Assembly (NCBI GenBank): GCA_046861385.1
Contig: JBHHTW010000003.1
Coordinates: 32,001 to 96,000 of the forward strand
From: Fidelibacterota bacterium
Lineage (GTDB): Bacteria; Fidelibacterota; Marinisomatia; Marinisomatales; TCS55
Length of the DNA: 64,000 nucleotides
Reading direction: 5' to 3'
Part shown: in pieces, positions 59,425 through 64,000 of the stretch
How the letters are laid out: each line of letters opens with the position of its first letter
How positions within the stretch are numbered: the first letter of the stretch is position 1
Notes under the pieces: generated by a model
The model's input: only the letters and a program-made list of their open reading frames with translations
The model's database searches: none
What the model was told of the DNA's origin: nothing
Program-made: the position numbers and the translations under genes

Positions 59425-61017
59425 ATGGTAACGAAAACAACATTTAAAGCACTTGGACTTCCGGCAGATGTTTTGGAAGCAATTAATCAAAAAGGTTTTG
59501 AGGAACCAACTGAAATACAGGTTTTAACGATTCCTGTTATGCTCAGAAATGATACTAATATTATTGCACAGGCCCAGACCGGAACGGGAAAAACAGCAGC
59601 ATTCGGTCTACCACTAATCAGCATGATTGATACAGCGTCCAAATCCGTTCAGGCACTGATTCTGGTCCCGACACGTGAGTTGGCGATCCAGGTCTCTGAA
59701 GAGATCAATTCACTCAAGGGTAACAAACCAATTAAAACGGTTCCCATTTATGGCGGGCAGTCCATTGATCAGCAATTACGCAGATTGAAAAAAGGTGTGC
59801 ATATCGTCGTGGGATCGCCAGGCAGAGTGATAGACCATTTAAAAAGAAAGACGCTGAAACTCGGTCAAATTGATCATTTAATTCTGGATGAAGCAGATGA
59901 AATGCTGAATATGGGTTTTATAGATGATATGGAAGAAATTTTCAAATATACCAATCCGGGTAAAAAAACCTTATTGTTTTCCGCAACCATCCCGGGAAAA
60001 ATCAAAGAACTCGCTCATCGATATATGGAAGGTTATGAGCTTATTAAAGCATACAAAAAACAACTAACAACCAACCTGACTGAGCAGATTTATTTCGAAG
60101 TAAAAGCTTCAGATAAATTTGAGGCGCTATGCCGGATCATTGATATTGAAAATAATTTTTATGGTTTAGTTTTTTGCCGAACAAAGAAGGATGTGGATTC
60201 TGTACTGTCCCATCTTATAAATCGTGGTTATAGTGCTGAAGCGATTCATGGAGATATTACCCAAAGTCAAAGAGAGCGAACTCTGAATAATTTTAAGAAA
60301 AAAAGAATAAATACACTTGTAGCTACCGATGTTGCCGCCAGAGGAATCGATGTAGTAGACCTTACCCATGTAATCAATTATTCTCTTCCCGGAGATCCTG
60401 AATCTTACGTCCATCGTATCGGCCGGACCGGCCGTGCCGGGAAAGAAGGCACAGCGATTACATTTATTACACCAAGCGAATATAAACGGCTGATGTTCAT
60501 CCAGCGATTAGCCAAGACGGATATTAAAAAATCTGTCGTCCCAAAAGTAAAAGATATTATTTATGCCAAAAGGAAAAAGATCAATGATGATCTGAATACG
60601 ATTAAGAAAAGCGAAATAGATGCGAAATATTATAATTGGGCAAAAAAACTCCATGAAGAACATAATCCAACTGAAATATTAGCGGCTGTTCTGAATTATT
60701 GTTTTGAAGATGAACTTAACCCGGATGCATACACTGAAATGACGGAGTTCACCGGAAAGCGCAAAAAACTTGACCCCCAAGGCAAAACTAGACTTTTTGT
60801 TGCGTTGGGAAAGAAAGATCGGATGAATCCAAGAAAGCTGGTGGACCTGATTACGAATAGAGTATCCATTAATTCCAGACAGATTAGCAGTGTTCAGGTA
60901 ATGGATAAATTTTCATTTATAACAGTACCGTTTGAAAAAGCGGAAGAGATTATTGCCAACTTCCAGAATAAAGGACGCAAGCAGTTAGTTTCTCATGTGA
61001 AGAAAGGTAAAAAGTAA
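59425..61017 (+). CDS. deaD: DEAD-box RNA helicase with DbpA-type RNA-binding domain (DeaD/CsdA-like)
   Basis: AQTGTGKT, PTRELA, DEADEM, SAT, ARGID and HRIGRTGRAG; C-terminal RLFVALGKKD. Confidence 0.9.
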   Translation: MVTKTTFKALGLPADVLEAINQKGFEEPTEIQVLTIPVMLRNDTNIIAQAQTGTGKTAAFGLPLISMIDTASKSVQALILVPTRELAIQVSEEINSLKGNKPIKTVPIYGGQSIDQQLRRLKKGVHIVVGSPGRVIDHLKRKTLKLGQIDHLILDEADEMLNMGFIDDMEEIFKYTNPGKKTLLFSATIPGKIKELAHRYMEGYELIKAYKKQLTTNLTEQIYFEVKASDKFEALCRIIDIENNFYGLVFCRTKKDVDSVLSHLINRGYSAEAIHGDITQSQRERTLNNFKKKRINTLVATDVAARGIDVVDLTHVINYSLPGDPESYVHRIGRTGRAGKEGTAITFITPSEYKRLMFIQRLAKTDIKKSVVPKVKDIIYAKRKKINDDLNTIKKSEIDAKYYNWAKKLHEEHNPTEILAAVLNYCFEDELNPDAYTEMTEFTGKRKKLDPQGKTRLFVALGKKDRMNPRKLVDLITNRVSINSRQISSVQVMDKFSFITVPFEKAEEIIANFQNKGRKQLVSHVKKGKK

Positions 61018-61151
61018 TATCAAAACCAGAGGGCCCGATCAACACCGTGAAATTTAGCTAATTTTTTATTTATTGCTTCTTTATACGGTCATTTCTCCAT
61101 AATTACCATCAATTCATCGCTGGTTCGATTACAAACTCTGGATGACATATT

Positions 61152-61709
61152 TTAGAATTCGACGAACCCAATTTTTTCATTAATCAGGCCCAATGGTATG
61201 GGGATTTTCCCTGAAATACCAATCGTATCGTATTTGGTTTTTAACGAAGGAAGAATTAATCGATCGTATGAAACAAATCCCACTGCAAGACCACCAAAAC
61301 CGGAAAGACGCCATCCTTTTTGCCGGGCACCTTTGTCATTGAAGAAAACACGCCCAACCGAAAAGTTCATCATAGATCCGCCTTGAACCGCAATATATTA
61401 CTCCGGCGATAGTTAGCGGTAACATATTAAGGTCATTGCGATCCACCAAATGGTGGAGAAGCAATCTCCTTCCATTAGCAAATCCAAGGAGATCGCTTTG
61501 TCGCAGACTCCTCGCGATGACAAATTTAAATTAAGAATGAATACTAATGATTCATACGTTGCACCTATGCCAGATTAATAATTAAAGGATGTTGGATTAT
61601 TTGGAATCTTTTGGCGCCCGATAGCGATAGAATAAAATCTTGCATTAATATCATCAAAAACCCCGAGTGTAATTTCAGTATTCCAGGAAAAGCCTTCGCC
61701 AAATACAAT
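61152..61709 (-). pseudogene. Remnant of a beta-strand-rich (possibly outer-membrane) gene interrupted by the MITE-like element
   Basis: Removing 61398-61578 plus one TA gives an uninterrupted frame ...PNNPTSFN-YIAVQGGSMMNFSVGRVFF...GFVEF*. No start codon is visible. Confidence 0.6.
61398..61578. mobile_element. MITE-like element, copy 2, with internal REP-like palindrome
   Basis: TA flanks at 61396-97 and 61579-80. Ends TTACTCCGG...CCAGATTAA. Core GTCATTGCGA..GAAGCAATCTCCTT..AAGGAGATCGCTTT..TCGCGATGAC (61432-61521). Confidence 0.78.
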
Positions 61710-62942
61710 CTATAATAACATCACAACTTGATTCTTTAATCGGCTCTCTTCTGCGGCAAAGGCCATTAAATGACTCTCTAATGATGCTTCAATTGACGAC
61801 TCAAAGAGAGAAGGGTCATCTGCTCGAACGGCTTGTATAAATTGCTTAATGAGGCCATAATCACCACCACCGTGTCCGTAGGCGTCATTTGACTCATGTT
61901 CCCATACTATTTCCGGTTTTATATTGTTAAATCGTGTCAGGGTGATGGTTTGAAAGTTTCCCAATATTTCACCTTCGGTTCCCATGATCCGAGTTCGTCG
62001 TTGTCCATCGGTAAAAGCGGACATGGTGAAAGAAGCGGTCATCTTATTTTCAAATTCCATGGAAACCACCTGGTGATCCACCACATCATTGTCACAGCGG
62101 TAAACACAACGCCCATAGGGTCCACTGTGCAGCGCTTTTTCCCGTCCTTCCCTGGATAGATCATCTGTAATGACATTCACAGGCCATCCGGTCACTTCCA
62201 TATTCAAATACAGTTTAAGGGCAGAATAAGGACATTCAGTTTCTACAGGACAATGATCGATACATCGTTCGGTACTACCTTCCGGAGCATTTTCTTTTTT
62301 AAAATGAGAGAGTGACCCAAAAGAAGAAATGAATTTGCACGGGGAGTCAGCAAACCAGAGCAATAAATCCATATCATGGCAGGATTTAGCCAGAATCATG
62401 GGAGCCGATTCATCTTTTCTCCTCCAATTTCCCCGAACGTATGCATGGGCCATGTGCCAGTAATTGACCGGCTCAATATGTTCGATGGTTATAAGGGAGC
62501 CAATAGCGCCGGACTCTATTATATTTTTCATTTTTTGGTAATGGGACGTATATCGAAGGACGTGACAAAGCCCGAATATTTTCCTTGAAATTATTGCTTT
62601 TTCAGTCAGAAGCCGGCAATCCTTTTCCGTCGTTGCCATAGGTTTTTCCAAAAGGACATGATAACCGGCATCTAAAGCTGCCACCGCTGGATCCACATGG
62701 AATTGATCCTGAGTGGTAATGATAACTCCATCTGCAAAGGGCTTGTCTTTTAGGGCTTCTTCCCAAGTTTCATAATTTTGTGATGGATTTAAATGATATT
62801 TTTCGGAAAAATGTTTTCTTTTTTCTGGATTGGGTTCCGCCACAGCCACGACTTTCATATCTTCAGGAAAAAGGTCGCTATAGGAAGCGTAAGTATTGCC
62901 CCTGTTTCCTGCACCGATGATGATTATTTGCATTGGTTTCAT
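61710..62942 (-). CDS. Gfo/Idh/MocA family oxidoreductase (start MKPMQ likely)
   Basis: IIGAGNRG, LLEKPMA, YVRGNWR, KSCHDMD and GHGGGD. Confidence 0.92.
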   Translation of the reverse strand: MKPMQIIIIGAGNRGNTYASYSDLFPEDMKVVAVAEPNPEKRKHFSEKYHLNPSQNYETWEEALKDKPFADGVIITTQDQFHVDPAVAALDAGYHVLLEKPMATTEKDCRLLTEKAIISRKIFGLCHVLRYTSHYQKMKNIIESGAIGSLITIEHIEPVNYWHMAHAYVRGNWRRKDESAPMILAKSCHDMDLLLWFADSPCKFISSFGSLSHFKKENAPEGSTERCIDHCPVETECPYSALKLYLNMEVTGWPVNVITDDLSREGREKALHSGPYGRCVYRCDNDVVDHQVVSMEFENKMTASFTMSAFTDGQRRTRIMGTEGEILGNFQTITLTRFNNIKPEIVWEHESNDAYGHGGGDYGLIKQFIQAVRADDPSLFESSIEASLESHLMAFAAEESRLKNQVVMLL

Positions 62943-62998
62943 AAATAGGTCTTTCAATCGTGTGTGGAATTTGTGAACTTTCATGTCAACTATCCAGC

Positions 62999-63730
62999 AT
63001 GAGAATGAAGTTTTTTAATAAAAAATATATCTGGTTTATTCTTTTATCCGGAATAATAACGGGTCAAACTTTACCCGGTGACTGGGTAAACTATTGGGAG
63101 GACTCCGGTCAGTCAATTATAACAGACCATACAAATCAGTGGATTTTAGGAATAGGTGCCCTGGCTGCTATCGGCGCCACCCGGGTTGATTTGAAAGTGA
63201 AAGATTATGCCCAGACCAGGGGTTTGCTTTCCGATCCTGTCTCTCATTTTGGAGATTTATATGGTGGAACCTGGGCTCACTGGATCTTATTTTCGTCCAT
63301 TTTGGTAACATCAGCCACCGGGAATGATAACCTGGATGATTTTATGGCCAAAATGGAGTTTTCCACTTTTGCCATGATGACCAATGGAACCCTGACATAT
63401 GGAATGAAAAGGGCATTTGGGAGGAAACGCCCTAATGGCAGTTGCTGTACATCATTCCCATCCGGTCATACTTCCCATAGTTTTGTTATTGCTGCCATTA
63501 TTCAGGAACTATACGGAAATAAAATAGGGAAATTTGCTTACGGGATGGCCACCCTGGTTGCCATCAGTCGCATTAATGATAATAAGCATTATTTGAGTGA
63601 TGTCATTTTTGGATCCGCTCTGGGCACAGCTGTGGGTCGGGCATTTGGAAATAATTATCATCAATACACTTTTAAAGGATTAGGAGTTGGTATCACTCCC
63701 TATAGTCTGAGGATCACTATTCCATTATGA
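62999..63730 (+). CDS. PAP2 family phosphatase
   Basis: KRAFGRKRP, SFPSGH and SRINDNKHYLSDV. Confidence 0.88.
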   Translation: MRMKFFNKKYIWFILLSGIITGQTLPGDWVNYWEDSGQSIITDHTNQWILGIGALAAIGATRVDLKVKDYAQTRGLLSDPVSHFGDLYGGTWAHWILFSSILVTSATGNDNLDDFMAKMEFSTFAMMTNGTLTYGMKRAFGRKRPNGSCCTSFPSGHTSHSFVIAAIIQELYGNKIGKFAYGMATLVAISRINDNKHYLSDVIFGSALGTAVGRAFGNNYHQYTFKGLGVGITPYSLRITIPL

Positions 63731-64000
63731 GCATACATAAACAAGTTCGGACAGCTTTTGTTTATTTATTTTCTTTAACCTTATTATACTCACAAATCCA
63801 GCAGGAAACCATGAAGCCCCCTCGCGGCTATCCCAATATGACTTTTTTAAGGTGGGCTATGGCATTGGGTTTTCTGGACTTGGTGGATTTGAAACCGGAA
63901 AAACCTGATTCAATTAGGGTTTTTAAAGATCTGGTTTATAAGGAAACGGATCAACGGTCACTTCGATTGGATATTTACAAACGTAATTCGATAACAAAGT
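63727..64000 (+). CDS. Secreted alpha/beta hydrolase (esterase), 5' part, runs off the window
   Basis: ATGA overlap with PAP2. My translation MSIHKQVRTAFVYLFSL...FKDLVYKETDQRSLRLDIYK matches the typical N-terminus of lipase/esterase-type hydrolases. Confidence 0.6.
   Translation, partial: MSIHKQVRTAFVYLFSLTLLYSQIQQETMKPPRGYPNMTFLRWAMALGFLDLVDLKPEKPDSIRVFKDLVYKETDQRSLRLDIYKRNSITK

Noticed and set aside
61581-61712. TAG readthrough extending the oxidoreductase
   Set aside because: The oxidoreductase is complete at its normal C-terminus (AAEESR...VVML). The in-frame downstream segment is better explained as a separate gene remnant.
1004-62588. Numerous 60-180 aa ORFs antisense to or overlapping long genes (e.g. 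2000-2545, 38677-39114, 51165-51650)
   Set aside because: They are shadow frames of well-supported genes and carry no recognisable motifs.

Overview
AT-rich, gene-dense bacterial chromosomal window. Gene content and the acidic DxNxNG-loop TonB receptors suggest an FCB-group lineage such as Ca. Marinimicrobia (inference). From left to right: the tail of an aa3-type cytochrome c oxidase and assembly operon; a minus-strand unit of TonB receptor, T9SS-CTD-like protein, PorV-like barrel and a 1498-aa acyl-CoA ligase/kinase-like/GNAT fusion; GAF-HD-GYP, SLC13 and MATE genes; a Liv-type ABC transporter with an acyl-CoA ligase; a ~28 kb amino-sugar/peptidoglycan/GlcNAc-glycan scavenging region; then a DEAD-box helicase, an oxidoreductase and a PAP2 gene. 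The strongest non-annotated signals are two. First, two copies of a ~190-bp non-autonomous element with TA duplications, imperfect terminal inverted repeats and a REP-like hairpin core; excising one copy restores a reading frame. Second, a four-helix-bundle gene bracketed by oppositely oriented heptamer arrays, one of which is translated as the N-terminus of the next gene. No rRNA, tRNA, CRISPR array or transposase was recognised. All calls come from motif reading by eye, not database searches.
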